A stretch of DNA of 64,000 nucleotides, from NCBI GenBank assembly GCA_010093705.1, contig MU006089.1:2901561-2965560 (forward strand), written 5' to 3'. Shown piece by piece: positions 62,979 through 64,000 of this stretch (position 1 is its first letter; each line of letters starts with the position of its first letter). This DNA comes from Patellaria atrata CBS 101060 (taxonomy: Eukaryota). The position numbers and the translations under genes were made by a program. Under the pieces are notes generated by a model. The model saw nothing but the letters and a program-made list of their open reading frames with translations. It was not told where the DNA came from and made no database searches.

Positions 62979-64000
62979 TCATACTTGGTCCGAATCGCCC
63001 GAGTCAAGTGGTTTCCATGATAACAAAGGCATTAAGCTTGCCTCCATCGAAGCATTGGTCCTCCATGCATCCATTATAAGCTTCCTTCTATGTTCCATAC
63101 TTAGACTCTCTTTTGACCTATCGATCAACATTGAAGACCATCCAGCTCTTCGAGCCCCTATCACATCTTCTGCCATGCTGTCTCCGACGTATAGCATTTC
63201 GAATGAATCAATGTATCGAATGGACTCTGTATTACGTGATAGGTGCTGAGCTAAAAGTGTCTCCGCTGCCTTGAATATTCCCGGATCGGGCTTGACGACG
63301 CCAACGTCATAACTCATGACAACGAAATCAATGTCATTCTCCGCGTGATTTGTTTCAATTCCACTTTCCGTCCTCCCGAACATCTGCGGGGAGACATCAA
63401 GTCCAAAGGATCTCAGGACACCTGGGACACGATCGTCGGAATTCGAGATGATACCAACAACTGTTTGTTCCCAGGGCCATTCATGAGTTTTTTTTGAGTT
63501 TTTATGTGTAGACTTTCTCAATTCTCGAAGTGATTTGAAGAAGGGCATGACATCTTCGAACATCTGGTAGCCATCGGAATTGGAGAACCTAGTCATCAAC
63601 TCACTTGTCATCCGTTCGGGAACTGCTGCTCCTGATGATACGAAAGGCTTAAAGGTAGCATTGATGACCTGACAGCAAATTCAGGTCTCTACAATTGTGA
63701 TTTCTTGTGTCTTACAGAAGACTCACATTGCTCCACCATTGGCTAGCATCCACACCATTCACTTTACCGTAGTTCGGGTTCCGACTTCTCTCTTTCTTGA
63801 AAGCTTGATGATATGTCAATTACCAGTTCATTCCAGCAGAGCACTATCACTTACCCTCATGGAATTTCTCAGTAAGTTCCGTTTCAGAGAAACCCGTGAT
63901 GCCATATTTTCGAGCTATCTCCCCATATTGCTGAGCAATCGGCCTCTTGGGCCGAAACAGGGTACCAAACGCATCTAAGCACAAGAGCAGATTCTTTCTG
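62979..64000 (-). CDS. HAD-superfamily hydrolase (HDHD3/REG-2-like), 5'-truncated by the window
   Basis: Motif I LDAFGTLF near 63980; GIISNSDDR; SYDVGVVKPDPGIF; YVGDSMAEDVIGARRAGW; two introns at ~63670-63860. Confidence 0.88.

Overview
Eukaryotic genomic DNA from a filamentous ascomycete (Pezizomycotina; a Dothideomycete-like fungus is my inference). It has short GT-AG introns with CTRAY branch points and one 100-N assembly gap at 46859-46958. About 18 apparently intact genes are present: a GT34 glycosyltransferase, a secreted repeat protein, SEC63, DUF3445, DUF2235/Tle1-like, a ~2100-aa NACHT-TPR protein, DUO1, HGH1, a tubulin-tyrosine-ligase-family gene, an RBR/IBR E3 ligase, an SR140-like SURP protein, a HAD hydrolase and several conserved hypotheticals. 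The most notable structure lies at ~16.2-23.2 kb and is largely invisible in the ORF track. It is a decayed polyketide biosynthetic cluster: an MFS efflux pump pseudogene, a P450 pseudogene, an FSH1/LovG-type hydrolase pseudogene and a deleted remnant of a highly reducing PKS. In its middle sits an apparently intact ToxE-like bZIP-ankyrin (bANK) regulator, whose basic-region exon is missed by the ORF track. Also seen are a ~577-bp foldback/MITE element, a peroxiredoxin with one premature stop, and several local repeats. All family calls come from motif recognition by eye; no database searches were run.
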